A stretch of 64,000 nucleotides of DNA from Phycisphaerales bacterium (lineage in GTDB: Bacteria; Planctomycetota; Phycisphaerae; Phycisphaerales; UBA1924), in contig OZ245777.1 in NCBI GenBank assembly GCA_965227775.1, positions 2,400,001-2,464,000 of the forward strand, read 5' to 3'. Shown piece by piece: positions 1 to 10,031 of the stretch; position 1 is the first letter of the stretch; every line of letters begins with the position of its first letter. The position numbers and the translations under genes are program-made. Below the pieces are notes generated by a model, which had not been told where the DNA came from, did not search any database, and saw only the letters and a list, made by a program, of their open reading frames with translations.

Positions 1-544
1 TGATCTTGCCGTAGGTACGCGGCAGCACGAGATCGAGCGCGAGCTTCCCGACGTCGTGCAGCAGCCCGCCGACGAACGCTTCGTCCGGAGATACTCCGAG
101 CTTCGGGTGCGTCCGAGCGATCTCGTCTGCGGCGCACGCGGAGGCAACGCAGTGCCGCCAGAACGCATCGTGCCGAAACGTCTCGGCTTCAGGTCGTTCT
201 TCCAACTGGCCGGCATACGAAGAGAGCGTGTCGTACACGGCCACGCTCAGGATCGCGGCACGAACGGCCTCGAACCCCAGCATGACAACCGCCCGCTCGA
301 CGGTCGTCACGCGATCGCCAAGGCCAAGCTCGGCTCGCTGGCACATCGAGAGCACGCGCCCGGTGAGCGAGGGGTCGCTCTGGATGATCCGAACTACGTC
401 CGTAAGGTCCGCATCGGAAGCGCTACCCAATCGCAGGACGCGTTGGGCGATCGGAGAGAGCGTCGGCAACTGTTCGATCTGCTGGAGGACCAGCTCGACC
501 TGGTGCGACTGCTCGTTTGGGTCGGGGCGTGCGGCGTTCACCAT
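1..544 (-). CDS. HDOD domain-containing signalling protein (partial, runs off the window start)
   Basis: Not in the ORF track. Manual translation from ATG at 544 gives MVNAARPDPNEQSHQVELVLQQIEQLPTLSPIAQRVLRL...IIQSDPSLTGRVL...EAFVGGLLHDVGKLAL, which has the LPTL, DPxLT and GLLHDxGK motifs of HDOD. Confidence 0.85.
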   Translation of the reverse strand, partial: MVNAARPDPNEQSHQVELVLQQIEQLPTLSPIAQRVLRLGSASDADLTDVVRIIQSDPSLTGRVLSMCQRAELGLGDRVTTVERAVVMLGFEAVRAAILSVAVYDTLSSYAGQLEERPEAETFRHDAFWRHCVASACAADEIARTHPKLGVSPDEAFVGGLLHDVGKLALDLVLPRTYGKI

Positions 545-564
545 GGGGCGCCTCGCGTCGAAGA

Positions 565-1179
565 TCAGGTCCGCACCGGCGAGAGGCCGAGCAGCCGAGA
601 AATCTCGTCGAGCAACGCTGACACCGTGAACGGCTTCTTGAGGAACCCGTTGCCTCCGGCGCGCAAGAGGCGGTCGATCCGATCTTTCTCGATCACGCCC
701 GAAACAAAGAGGATCTTCGTGTTCTGCAGATCCGCATTGTCGCGCACACGCTCGCACACGACGTCGCCGTTGATGTCGGGCAGCATGTAATCGAGGACGA
801 TCAGGTGTGGGCGAAACCGCTCGGTCAGCAGGCCGGCGTCGTATCCGTTCGAGGCGGTCTCGATCTCGAAGCGGCTATCACGCCGCAACATCTCGTGCAA
901 CAAGTCAACGATCTGCGGGTCGTCGTCGACGATGAGCACGCGGCGACGCGATCCCTCCAGCGCGTCGGTCGGGATGTTGTTCTCTCGCATGAAGCGCAGC
1001 AGCTCGTCACGCGGAATCCGGCGGAACTTGGACCCCGGCACGCGAAAGCCGTGCAGGCGACCGTTGTCGAAGCAGCGGATGATGGTCTGCTGGCTGACGC
1101 GGCAGACAGACGCGGCTTCGCCGGTGGTAAAGACCTTCTTCTCTGTCCAGTCGGGTTGTTGTTGATCTTGCGAAGCCAC
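565..1179 (-). CDS. Response regulator: N-terminal excisionase/MerR-like HTH plus C-terminal receiver domain
   Basis: HTH segment VFTTGEAASVCRVSQQTIIRCFD..FRVPGSKFRRIP. REC motifs VLIVDDD, LIVLDYMLP, FVSG and KKPF are intact. Start is uncertain (GTG 1179 or ATG 1206). Confidence 0.85.
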   Translation of the reverse strand: MASQDQQQPDWTEKKVFTTGEAASVCRVSQQTIIRCFDNGRLHGFRVPGSKFRRIPRDELLRFMRENNIPTDALEGSRRRVLIVDDDPQIVDLLHEMLRRDSRFEIETASNGYDAGLLTERFRPHLIVLDYMLPDINGDVVCERVRDNADLQNTKILFVSGVIEKDRIDRLLRAGGNGFLKKPFTVSALLDEISRLLGLSPVRT

Positions 1180-1334
1180 GCTGTATCTCCCGTCCGCACA
1201 CATCACCGGACGAGTTGGCTATCGACGCATACTTTGCCCAACTTCACACGGTTGCGTCCACGAGCGCCGTAGAAACCTAAGAAGTCGCAATGTAGGCAGG
1301 AAAATCAAGCCCGAAAACTACCCATCGAACATTA

Positions 1335-2057
1335 TCAGGCGTCGCCGGGCGCCCGCCCATAACGTTCGCGCCATTGCGTGACGGCGTCCGGCTCGCGCGG
1401 ATAGATCGGTCGCAGCAACTCAGCCGGTACAACCTGGCCCACATTGCGACTGGCCAAGAGCCCATCCGCCGTCAACCGCATCGGGATGCACTCGGCCCGT
1501 CGCTTGGAGGCTATTTCGAGCATCGATTCGGGCAGATGGCCCTCAAACAACAAACAGTCGCCCGGTAACAGGATCTCTTCGAACCCTTCGATGCCGACGG
1601 CACGGTTGGGACCAAGGTTGGCTCGATCGCCTTCTTGGAAACGTGCGATGAACGCGCTATCGCGCTTCGAGGCCATCGCAACCACGGTTGGTCCGAGATC
1701 CGACCGCTCTTGGAATGCGGTCTCAATTGCAACGCGCACGGTGTCGACTGCGCGAACCTGCGCTCCTGAGAGTTCCGCGATCACCGCCGCGGCGGTGCAT
1801 GCCAGCCGCGTCGCCGTGAACCCACCGGGGCCGATCGAGACCAACACCTCATCGAGATCGCTTGGCGAGCGTCGGGCTGCCTCGAAGAGCCCGGCGATCG
1901 ATGGCAGCAGAACGTCGTCGTTGCGGCCAGCCGTCGCGAGTGATTCCCGCGCCAGGATCTCGACAGCGCCCGAGTTGGGATCCTCACCGTACCGCGCGAG
2001 CAGCACGCCGGGCGTCGGCACATTGGGATTCGTCGCTTCGATGGCAAGGACCAGCAC
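1335..2057 (-). CDS. tsaB: tRNA threonylcarbamoyladenosine biosynthesis protein TsaB
   Basis: N-terminal VLVLAIEAT, the VSIGPGGFTATR motif (GPGSFTGxR-like) and C-terminal PIYPRE. Start placed at GTG 2057, just downstream of arfB. Confidence 0.85.
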   Translation of the reverse strand: MLVLAIEATNPNVPTPGVLLARYGEDPNSGAVEILARESLATAGRNDDVLLPSIAGLFEAARRSPSDLDEVLVSIGPGGFTATRLACTAAAVIAELSGAQVRAVDTVRVAIETAFQERSDLGPTVVAMASKRDSAFIARFQEGDRANLGPNRAVGIEGFEEILLPGDCLLFEGHLPESMLEIASKRRAECIPMRLTADGLLASRNVGQVVPAELLRPIYPREPDAVTQWRERYGRAPGDA

Positions 2058-2071
2058 GCAGCGAGGGTAGA

Positions 2072-2536
2072 TCAGCCCTCGGGACCTGGCCCGCTGCGTC
2101 GCCGCTTGCGTTCGGCGTTCTGGCGTTTGGCCTCGAGACGGCGCTCGTTGGCGCCCCGCGACCGACGGGTCGGGATCCGCCGCTTGGGCTCGATCATGGC
2201 CTCGCGGCAGAGGTCCTTCAGCCGCTCCAGGCACTCCTCCTGGTTACGGCGGGCGGACCGTGTTCGCTCGCAAGTGAGAATGAGCGTGCCGTCGGCGGTC
2301 ATGCGTTCGCCGGCAAGGTCTCGCAGCCGCTTTCGGGCGCGAACCGGCATGCGGATGTCGAGCAGGCCGACCCGCAGCTCGGCTCGCGTGTGCCGCCGAT
2401 TCACATTCTGGCCGCCCGGTCCGGACGCCGGGCTTTGCCGAAAACGCAGGGCCGAGGCGGGCACGGTGGCACCCGGGGCGAGCACGATCTCGTCGCCAGC
2501 ATCCTGGGGTTCGGGGTGTGGTGGTGGGGTCGACAT
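2072..2536 (-). CDS. arfB: Alternative ribosome-rescue peptidyl-tRNA hydrolase ArfB
   Basis: ASGPGGQNVN (GGQ motif), RSARRNQEE and a basic tail PKRRIPTRRSRGANERRLEAKR. ATG at 2536. Confidence 0.92.
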   Translation of the reverse strand: MSTPPPHPEPQDAGDEIVLAPGATVPASALRFRQSPASGPGGQNVNRRHTRAELRVGLLDIRMPVRARKRLRDLAGERMTADGTLILTCERTRSARRNQEECLERLKDLCREAMIEPKRRIPTRRSRGANERRLEAKRQNAERKRRRSGPGPEG

Positions 2537-2651
2537 GGCGGAACCGCCCCGGCTGGGGGCACGGGGGCATGGTACCCTGCGGCCCGGGAACGCCCGAGAG
2601 TTCCCGCACGTACCGAACGGCCCGATCTTTCCGCAACGCCAAGGAGCCGGC

Positions 2652-3545
2652 GTGAACTGGCAGCCTCGAGCCATCTCGACTCTCGTCGCACTGGCGACCC
2701 TGGTTTCGACGTGCCTCGCCGAGCGGCCCGGGGGGCTGCGGTTCGTGCACCAGGAAGCCGAAGCGGTCGAGTCCGCTCCCGAAGCCGCAAAGACAGTCGA
2801 TTGGACGGTCCAGGTCGAGCCATTGGTTCGTTTCACGGCTCCCGCGGGCGAGATTCGTCTGCCTGGCGGCTCGGTCCGCGGCTCGCTCGTCGAACTCGAA
2901 GACCTGAACCTCGATGCACCCCGTCTCATGCCCGGCTTCGACATCAGCTTGCGAAACGGGCCGTGGCGGATCAACGCGATCGGCCTCTTCTACGACATCG
3001 ACGGCCAGATCGCGACCGCCGACGAAGACCTGACGCTCGGCACGCTCTCGGTTGCCGATGGCCAGCGCACCAGCATCGCCCACACGTACGCCCAGATCGA
3101 TCTGAGGCTCGCTCGCACCATCGTCGACCGCCCGATCAGCCCGCGCAAGGACGCGGTCGGCCACAAGGTCCGATTCCGGCTGGACGCCGAGGCTGGCGTG
3201 CGCATCTATGACTTCGAGTTCGAGGTCGAGAACCTTGACACGGGCGGCCGCTACACCGACGATCGCACGTTCTTCGAGCCGCACGCAGGTTTCAAGGCCG
3301 GCTTCAGCATGTTCGAGGACGTCACGATCGACCTCTACACGAATTTCGGCGCCTGGCCGCTCGATGCCAGCGCGTACAGCTGGGACATTGGCGTCGGATT
3401 TCAGTGGCGTCCGGTCGACTACTTCGGGGCGCAGATCGGCTATCGCAGCACGATCTTCGGCCTGAACGAGGGCAGCGGCACGAACGAGTTCGAGTGGAAC
3501 GGCTCCTACCAGGGCCTATACGCCGGGCTGCAATTCCGCTTCTAG
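2652..3545 (+). CDS. Putative outer-membrane beta-barrel protein
   Basis: AAGGAG RBS before GTG 2652, a signal-peptide-like N-terminus, amphipathic beta strands and a C-terminal aromatic beta-signal YAGLQFRF. Confidence 0.7.
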   Translation: MNWQPRAISTLVALATLVSTCLAERPGGLRFVHQEAEAVESAPEAAKTVDWTVQVEPLVRFTAPAGEIRLPGGSVRGSLVELEDLNLDAPRLMPGFDISLRNGPWRINAIGLFYDIDGQIATADEDLTLGTLSVADGQRTSIAHTYAQIDLRLARTIVDRPISPRKDAVGHKVRFRLDAEAGVRIYDFEFEVENLDTGGRYTDDRTFFEPHAGFKAGFSMFEDVTIDLYTNFGAWPLDASAYSWDIGVGFQWRPVDYFGAQIGYRSTIFGLNEGSGTNEFEWNGSYQGLYAGLQFRF

Positions 3546-3598
3546 AGGGCTCTGGTACCCGCCGCCTCCCTACCATGCCGGCCCGAACGAGGGCCACC

Positions 3599-6500
3599 AT
3601 GACCGAAACCGCCTCGACCAGTTCTATTACGCCCGCGCACCGCTACAACGCGGCTCTGGCCAACACCATCGAGCCCAAATGGCAGGCGCGATGGCTCGAG
3701 TCGGGCGTCTACCACCGCCCCAACCCCGGTGAGCGCGGCTTCGATGCGAGCCGGCCGAAGTACTACGTGCTCGACATGTTCCCGTATCCATCGGGTGCCG
3801 GGCTGCACGTGGGCCATCCCGAGGGGTACACCGCCACCGACATCCTGGGCCGCTACAAGAAGATGGCCGGCCACAACGTGCTGCACGTCATGGGCTGGGA
3901 CGCGTTCGGCCTGCCCGCCGAGCAGCACGCGATTAACACCGGCGAGCACCCCGCCACCTTTACCCGTGGCACGATTGATACGTTCCGCCGGCAGCTCCAG
4001 CGGTTCGGCTTCGCCTACGACTGGTCGCGCGAGGTCGCGACCATCGACGAGGGCTTCTATCGCTGGACGCAATGGATCTTCCTGAAGCTCTACGACGCCT
4101 GGTTCGACCCGTGGCAAAACAAGGCGCGGCCGATCGCTGAGTTGCGGAGCGAGCTCGAGAGCGGCGATCTGCGCATTGGTGGAGACGGCAGGCTCATCCA
4201 TGTGGGGCGGACGAGTAAGACGCTCACAGCACTGGGTGGCGAACCAGGGACGGCCCGGCGCTGGCACGAACTCGAGCCCGGCGAGCAGCGTGCCGTAATC
4301 GACGATCAGCGGCTGGCCTACGTCGGCGAGCAGACCGTCAACTGGTGCCCCAAGCTGGGCACCGTGCTGGCCAACGAGGAAGTCATCGACGGCCGCAGCG
4401 AGCGCGGGAGCCACCCGGTCTTCCGCAAGCCGCTGAAGCAGTGGATGCTGCGCATCACCGCCTACGCGGAGCGGCTGCTCGCAGGGCTCGACGGGCTGGA
4501 CTGGCCCGAAGACACGCGGAGTAAGCAGCGCCACTGGATCGGCAAGAGCGAGGGCGCCGAAGTCGACTTCGCGCTTGACATCGACACGAGCGATCCAGAG
4601 ATCGATGCCGATCTGCCGCCGGCGCTGCGCGTGTTCACTACGCGTCCCGACACCATCTTCGGCGCGACGTTCGTGGTCATCGCTCCCGAGCATCCGGTGG
4701 TCGATGCCGTCCTGCGCACGCCGCGGCCCGAGACACCCGCCGACGAGCTGCGCGCGTACGCCGAGAAAGCGCGCAACACCGCCGATGTCGATCGCCAGGC
4801 CGCGAAGGAGAAGTCCGGCGTCTTCACAGGGCTGCACGCGATCAACCCCGTCACCGGCGAGCGCGTGCCGGTGTACGTTGCAGACTATGTCCTGATGGGC
4901 TACGGCTACGGCGCGATTATGGCCGTGCCAGCCCACGACGAGCGCGACTTCGATTTCGCCGAGAAGTTCGGCTTGACCATCCGCGATGTGGTGTACCCAC
5001 TAGCGATCTCGGCGATGGCGTACTACTCGGCCAACGCCACGCAGGCCGAGGTGAGCGACGACGGCTGGCAGACCACGCTGGCTGACATGCTGGGCTATGT
5101 CACGAGCAACGACGTAGCGCCGAAAGACTTCGACCACGCGCTCACGCACGTGCGCATGAACCGCCGCGGCGATAGCCCGGTGCCCGAAGACCGCAAGAGC
5201 CTCGTTGAAGCCAACCCAGCGGACCTAGCCGACACCGAACGCTGGCGTGGCGCCGTTCGTGGCCAATGGCTCGACACGATAAACAGCCTGTTTGGCGACG
5301 AGTTCACCAAGCTGCGTGAGACCTTTGTCAACGGCACCCACTTTGCCAGCCAGGGCCAGCCCTACGACGGAAACGGCTATGCCGCAAACTCGAGCGCCAG
5401 TGTCGAGGGTTCGAGCATCTCGCTGGATGGCGTGCCCACGGGCCAAGCCAAAGCCAAGATCACCGATTGGCTTGATGAAACCGGCATCGGCCGCAGACGC
5501 ACGAACTTCAAGCTACGCGACTGGCTGTTCAGTCGCCAGCGGTATTGGGGCGAGCCATTCCCCATCGTCTTCACCGAGTCGGGCGATCACTATCCGCTCG
5601 ACGACGCCGCCTTACCGCTGAAGCTGCCCGATATCGCCGACTACGAGCCCGCCGAGAGCGAGGACCCCCAGCCGTTGCTCGCCAAGGCGGACGATTGGGT
5701 GCGCACTAGTGCGGGCGAGGCCGGATGCTCGGCGCTCGATCCGGAAACCGTCGTGTTCCGCGAGACCAACACCATGCCCGGCTGGGCCGGAAGCTGCTGG
5801 TATTACCTGCGCTACGCCGACCCGCACAACGACGATGCGCTCGTGTCGAGGGATGCCCAGGCCTATTGGCTGGGCGATCGCGGTGTCGATCTCTACATTG
5901 GCGGGTCCGAGCACGCCGTTCTGCACCTGCTGTACGCACGTTTCTGGCACATGGTGCTCTACGACCTGGGCTACGTCGACTCGCCCGAGCCGTTCCGCAA
6001 GCTGTTCCACCAGGGCCTGATCACCAGTTTCGCGTATCAGCGAAAGGACAAGACGCTGGTGCCGACCGATCAGGTCGAGAACGTGGGCACCGACGATGCG
6101 CCCGAGTACGTCGAGAAGGCAACCGGTGAGCGGGTCATGCAGACCATCGCGAAGATGTCCAAGAGCCTCAAGAACGTTGTGAACCCAGACGACGTCATCG
6201 CCGACTTCGGAGCAGACACCTTCCGCATCTACGAGATGTACATGGGCCCGCTCGAGGCATCCAAGCCCTGGAACACCCGGGACATCATGGGCCTGCACCG
6301 TTTCCTGCAGCGCCTCTGGCGGCTGATCGTCGACGAGGAAACCGGCGAGCCCCGCCTGGCTGACGCCGAAAACGCCGACGTTGACAAGCAGCTCCACCGC
6401 ACGATCGCGAAGGTCGAGGGCGACATCGAACGCCTGAGCTTCAACACTGCCATCGCCGCGATGATCGAGCTAGTGAATCTGGCAACCAGCAAGGCCGGTG

Positions 6501-6871
6501 ACGGCCCGATCTTCACCCAGCAGCAGGCACGCCGGGTCGCCGCGACGCTCGCGCCCTTCGCGCCCCATACGGCCGACGAGCTGCACGAGCGTCTGGGCGG
6601 GGTCGATCACGCCGGCCAGCAGGTGCAGACGCTCTACGACAGTGCGTGGCCCAAGTACGACGAGAGCAAGCTGGTCGACGACGAGGTCGAGATCGCGGTG
6701 CAGATTCTGGGCAAGGTCAAGGCGCGCATCATGGTGCCGGCCGACGCCGATGCAAAGCGTCTGGAGTCCATCGCACTGGACCACGACGAGATCAAGCCGC
6801 TGTTGGGAGGCAAGACCGTGAGGAAGGTCATCGCCGTCCCGGGCCGCCTGGTCAACATCGTCGCGAACTGA
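3599..6871 (+). CDS. leuS: Leucine--tRNA ligase
   Basis: YVLDMFPYPSGAGLHVGH (HIGH), FTTRPDT editing motif, GAIMAVPAHDERD, DWLFSRQRYWG and KMSKS. Start ATG 3599 (alternative 3575). Confidence 0.97.
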   Translation: MTETASTSSITPAHRYNAALANTIEPKWQARWLESGVYHRPNPGERGFDASRPKYYVLDMFPYPSGAGLHVGHPEGYTATDILGRYKKMAGHNVLHVMGWDAFGLPAEQHAINTGEHPATFTRGTIDTFRRQLQRFGFAYDWSREVATIDEGFYRWTQWIFLKLYDAWFDPWQNKARPIAELRSELESGDLRIGGDGRLIHVGRTSKTLTALGGEPGTARRWHELEPGEQRAVIDDQRLAYVGEQTVNWCPKLGTVLANEEVIDGRSERGSHPVFRKPLKQWMLRITAYAERLLAGLDGLDWPEDTRSKQRHWIGKSEGAEVDFALDIDTSDPEIDADLPPALRVFTTRPDTIFGATFVVIAPEHPVVDAVLRTPRPETPADELRAYAEKARNTADVDRQAAKEKSGVFTGLHAINPVTGERVPVYVADYVLMGYGYGAIMAVPAHDERDFDFAEKFGLTIRDVVYPLAISAMAYYSANATQAEVSDDGWQTTLADMLGYVTSNDVAPKDFDHALTHVRMNRRGDSPVPEDRKSLVEANPADLADTERWRGAVRGQWLDTINSLFGDEFTKLRETFVNGTHFASQGQPYDGNGYAANSSASVEGSSISLDGVPTGQAKAKITDWLDETGIGRRRTNFKLRDWLFSRQRYWGEPFPIVFTESGDHYPLDDAALPLKLPDIADYEPAESEDPQPLLAKADDWVRTSAGEAGCSALDPETVVFRETNTMPGWAGSCWYYLRYADPHNDDALVSRDAQAYWLGDRGVDLYIGGSEHAVLHLLYARFWHMVLYDLGYVDSPEPFRKLFHQGLITSFAYQRKDKTLVPTDQVENVGTDDAPEYVEKATGERVMQTIAKMSKSLKNVVNPDDVIADFGADTFRIYEMYMGPLEASKPWNTRDIMGLHRFLQRLWRLIVDEETGEPRLADAENADVDKQLHRTIAKVEGDIERLSFNTAIAAMIELVNLATSKAGDGPIFTQQQARRVAATLAPFAPHTADELHERLGGVDHAGQQVQTLYDSAWPKYDESKLVDDEVEIAVQILGKVKARIMVPADADAKRLESIALDHDEIKPLLGGKTVRKVIAVPGRLVNIVAN

Positions 6872-8980
6872 CTACGAGCGCACTTCCGCCCCAACCGCTT
6901 CGCGGAGTGCCCCAACAGCCCGCTCCATCTGCGGGTCGACCTCCTCGTGCCGCAGCGTGCGATCGTCGTCGCGGAATGCCAGACGGAGCGTCACGCTCTT
7001 CTTGCCCTCGCCCACTTGCTTGCCGGCGTAGGTGCAGACAAATGCGATGGCGCGAAGGCGGTCAAGGTCCAGGTCTGCGACCGTCGACTCGATCTGTGCC
7101 CACGGCGTTGCGCTCGGCACCACGACCGAAAGATCGCGCTCGATTCCCGGAAACGCAGGAAGCGCGCCCACGCGCGGCGTGGGCGGGTACGCGTCGAGCA
7201 AGGGCTCGAGTTCGAATTCCGCCACGACCACCGGCCGCTGCAAGTCGAACAAGGCGAGCGTGTCGCTCGTGGGCAGCCCGAGATACCCAAGCTCGATCGA
7301 GCCGGCCGCGCCATCAACGAACACGCGCCCCGTGTTCGCAGGATCCATTGCAGCTGGCAACTCGCCACCGGTCTCGACGCGCAACCTTGCCTCGTGCCCG
7401 TAGCACAACGCAACCATCGACTCGATGGCCGCCTTGGCGACGCGTACGCCGTGCTGCACGTCTGCGGCCTTGGCCTTCGGTCCATCGCCGCCGGCATCAA
7501 CCACCAGCGCAATCTTCCGGGACTCCTCGTTCGCGCCCTCGCTCATGGACCAGAACGTGGCCGAAACTTCGAACAGGCGCACTCCGCCGTCTTGGTGCAC
7601 CTGGGCGTCGCGATTGACACGCCGGCACGTCAGCAAACTTGGCAGCACGCTGGGCCGCAGCGTCGGCTCGGCCCCGCGTCGATCGTCGTCAACGTTCACG
7701 AGCGATGCGCCACTGGGCAGGAACGGCGTCGCTTTGTCCGGGCTGGTGAAGCTGAACGTCACCGCCTCGTAGAAGCCAAGGGCCGTCAGCGCGTGGGCGA
7801 TGCCCTCCATCGCCCGCTCTTCTGACTGTGGAGCCTGTGCCTTGATCGCCAGTCGTCGGGCGAGTGGGACGGCATCGAAGCCCCGAAGCCGCGCGATCTC
7901 TTCGATTAAGTCGATCTCTCGAGTGAGATCGTGCGCGCGGTGCGGTGGGGGCGTGCACGCCAGCGCATCGTCCTGCACACGCACGTCGATATCCACCGAG
8001 CGAAGCAGCCGCACCATCTCGTCCGCCGGCGTCTCGATGCCCAGCACCGCAGAGCACCGCTGCGGCCGCAGCGTGATGGCCCTTCCTTCGGACATTGGCG
8101 CGCCCTCGACGAGCGCCCCCTCGCACAGCGTGCCGCCGGTCAATTCTGCGATGAGCCTGGCCGCGATCTCTGCCGCCGGCAGGCACGTCCGCGGATCGAC
8201 GACCCGCTCGAACCGGTGGCTCGCGTCGGTCCGCACAGCGTGGCGTCGGCTGGCCGCGCGAACACGGGCCGGGTCCCACGTGGCGACCTCGAGCACGATT
8301 TTCGTCGTGCCCTCTTCGACTTGTGAGTCGGCCCCGCCGATGACGCCCGCCAGCGACGTCGCCTTGGCCGCATCGGCGACCACGATCTCGCCCGCGGCGA
8401 GCTTCCGGGAGGCGCCGTCCAGCGTCGCCAATGGCTCGCCCTCGGTCGCCTCGCGGATGATCAGCGTCTTGCCTTCAAGCCGGTCCAGATCGAAAACGTG
8501 GCTCGGGTTGCCGTGCTCAAGGTTCAGCCAGTTGGTGACGTCGACGGCGTTGTTGATCGACCGCTGGCCCACGCTTTCGAGCAGTTCCCGCAGCCATGCC
8601 GGGCTCGGGCCGATCTTCGCATTGACGATCACGTGGGCCGTGAACGTCGGGCACGCCGGCCGCTCGCCCGCCGAGCAGCGGTTCTCGAGGGTCAGGTGCT
8701 CGCCCACCGCCGGGCCGCGCTGCACCTCGCCGATGGCCCGAGGCGTCACGGCCCGCCCGGTGATCGCCGCGATCTCGCGCGCAAGCCCCAGGTGGCACAG
8801 GCAATCGCCCCGGTTGCTTGTGACCTCGACGTCCAGCAGCGCGTCGTCGCCCTTGGGCTCAACTCCGTCGAGTGGGAAGCCGGCCGCCGTCAGCGCGGCA
8901 TCGATCTCGTCGACGGTCAGCGGCGAATTCGCGTTCTCGTCTCCCAGCAGGGAGGCGAGCCATGTCAGGCTTGCGTCCAT
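6872..8980 (-). CDS. pheT: Phenylalanine--tRNA ligase beta subunit (short form)
   Basis: TSNRGDCLCHLGLARE, INNAVDVTN, DLTREIDLIEEIAR and a C-terminal FDX-ACB domain (FPGIERDLS...GKKSVTLRL). The real start is ATG 8980, not the extended ORF start. Confidence 0.95.
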   Translation of the reverse strand: MDASLTWLASLLGDENANSPLTVDEIDAALTAAGFPLDGVEPKGDDALLDVEVTSNRGDCLCHLGLAREIAAITGRAVTPRAIGEVQRGPAVGEHLTLENRCSAGERPACPTFTAHVIVNAKIGPSPAWLRELLESVGQRSINNAVDVTNWLNLEHGNPSHVFDLDRLEGKTLIIREATEGEPLATLDGASRKLAAGEIVVADAAKATSLAGVIGGADSQVEEGTTKIVLEVATWDPARVRAASRRHAVRTDASHRFERVVDPRTCLPAAEIAARLIAELTGGTLCEGALVEGAPMSEGRAITLRPQRCSAVLGIETPADEMVRLLRSVDIDVRVQDDALACTPPPHRAHDLTREIDLIEEIARLRGFDAVPLARRLAIKAQAPQSEERAMEGIAHALTALGFYEAVTFSFTSPDKATPFLPSGASLVNVDDDRRGAEPTLRPSVLPSLLTCRRVNRDAQVHQDGGVRLFEVSATFWSMSEGANEESRKIALVVDAGGDGPKAKAADVQHGVRVAKAAIESMVALCYGHEARLRVETGGELPAAMDPANTGRVFVDGAAGSIELGYLGLPTSDTLALFDLQRPVVVAEFELEPLLDAYPPTPRVGALPAFPGIERDLSVVVPSATPWAQIESTVADLDLDRLRAIAFVCTYAGKQVGEGKKSVTLRLAFRDDDRTLRHEEVDPQMERAVGALREAVGAEVRS

Positions 8981-9040
8981 AGGGGCCAAGGGTAGGGCTG
9001 GCACAGTTCCCCGATGCGTGCGGCTGCCGTACGCTCCGCC

Positions 9041-9610
9041 ATGCTCCATCGGGCCTGCACGCTCATCCTGCTCGCCTCCTCCGCGTTGCTCGTCGCCGCG
9101 TGCCGCTCGTCGCCCGATCCTGAACCCGAACCAGCCTCGCTCCAGGCGCCGCCCGGCCTGAGCGTGCGGGCCGAGGTCTACGTGCGGGACACCATTGCCG
9201 CCGCTCGGTTCGTCCCGGGCGTCTACCTGCTTGAGCCCGACGGCACGCTCCGCGTCAGCGAGCGCCAGCTCAGGCCCACTCGGCCCCAAGCCAGCGATGA
9301 GCCGATGCCCACTGCGACGGCCTACCCGCCAATCCAGCGGCGGCTGAGCCCCTCCGAGGTCGACCGCCTGTGGCGCGTCATCGGCCCGACGACGCTCTCG
9401 GACCCCAACAACCCTGAGCGCATCAGCCCCTCGGCCGACTGGTCGCCGTCCTCCAGCCGCAGCCTGGCGCTGATTGACATCGAGGATGATCGGGGCCGCC
9501 GCCGCTTCGCGATCTCGCTGACCGGGGCGACCCCCGCGGCCGTCGACGGCCGGGCCCTGGTCGAGCGGCTCCAGGCGCTCGCGTGGCGGACGCCGCCTCC
9601 GAGGCCTTAA
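9041..9610 (+). CDS. Hypothetical lipoprotein
   Basis: Lipobox-like signal MLHRACTLILLASSALLVAAC. Divergent from pheT. Confidence 0.65.
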   Translation: MLHRACTLILLASSALLVAACRSSPDPEPEPASLQAPPGLSVRAEVYVRDTIAAARFVPGVYLLEPDGTLRVSERQLRPTRPQASDEPMPTATAYPPIQRRLSPSEVDRLWRVIGPTTLSDPNNPERISPSADWSPSSSRSLALIDIEDDRGRRRFAISLTGATPAAVDGRALVERLQALAWRTPPPRP

Positions 9611-10031
9611 GAGATTCGTCGCGTTGGGGCGAGAACCGCCCTTTGAAGCGCGGCACCTTCGAGGATCTAGCGCGTGCGTCCCAGAACGCACGCCGGCGGT
9701 CACGAAAAGTTGGTCCGCTGTCAGCACTACCTCGACGGCGGTCATCGAAGATCGGCCGGCTGTCACGACAGGGTGATCGATCATCATGTCCGGCCGGATT
9801 GTGACCACCTCCGGCAAGGCCGTCGCCAAGCCCGATCGCAGGTGCGCCCGGTTCACGCGTTCGAGCACGATCATCGGGCGGCCGCGCACGGCATCGCCGT
9901 TGCAGTCGCGGGTGCTCCCCGTTTGGTCTGGCACGAGCGAATACGTGCCCCAAGCGTGCGCACGGATATGTCGCCGGGCGCTCGGACGCGGTCCGATACA
10001 TTGGAACGCACCTCGCACCACAGGAGCCGCC

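Noticed and set aside
56..790. 244-aa plus-strand ORF
   Set aside because: Antisense to the HDOD gene and the response regulator, with no motifs.
4994..5360. Possible intein in leuS
   Set aside because: No N-terminal Cys/Ser block, no His-Asn followed by Cys/Ser/Thr at the end, and no LAGLIDADG motif.
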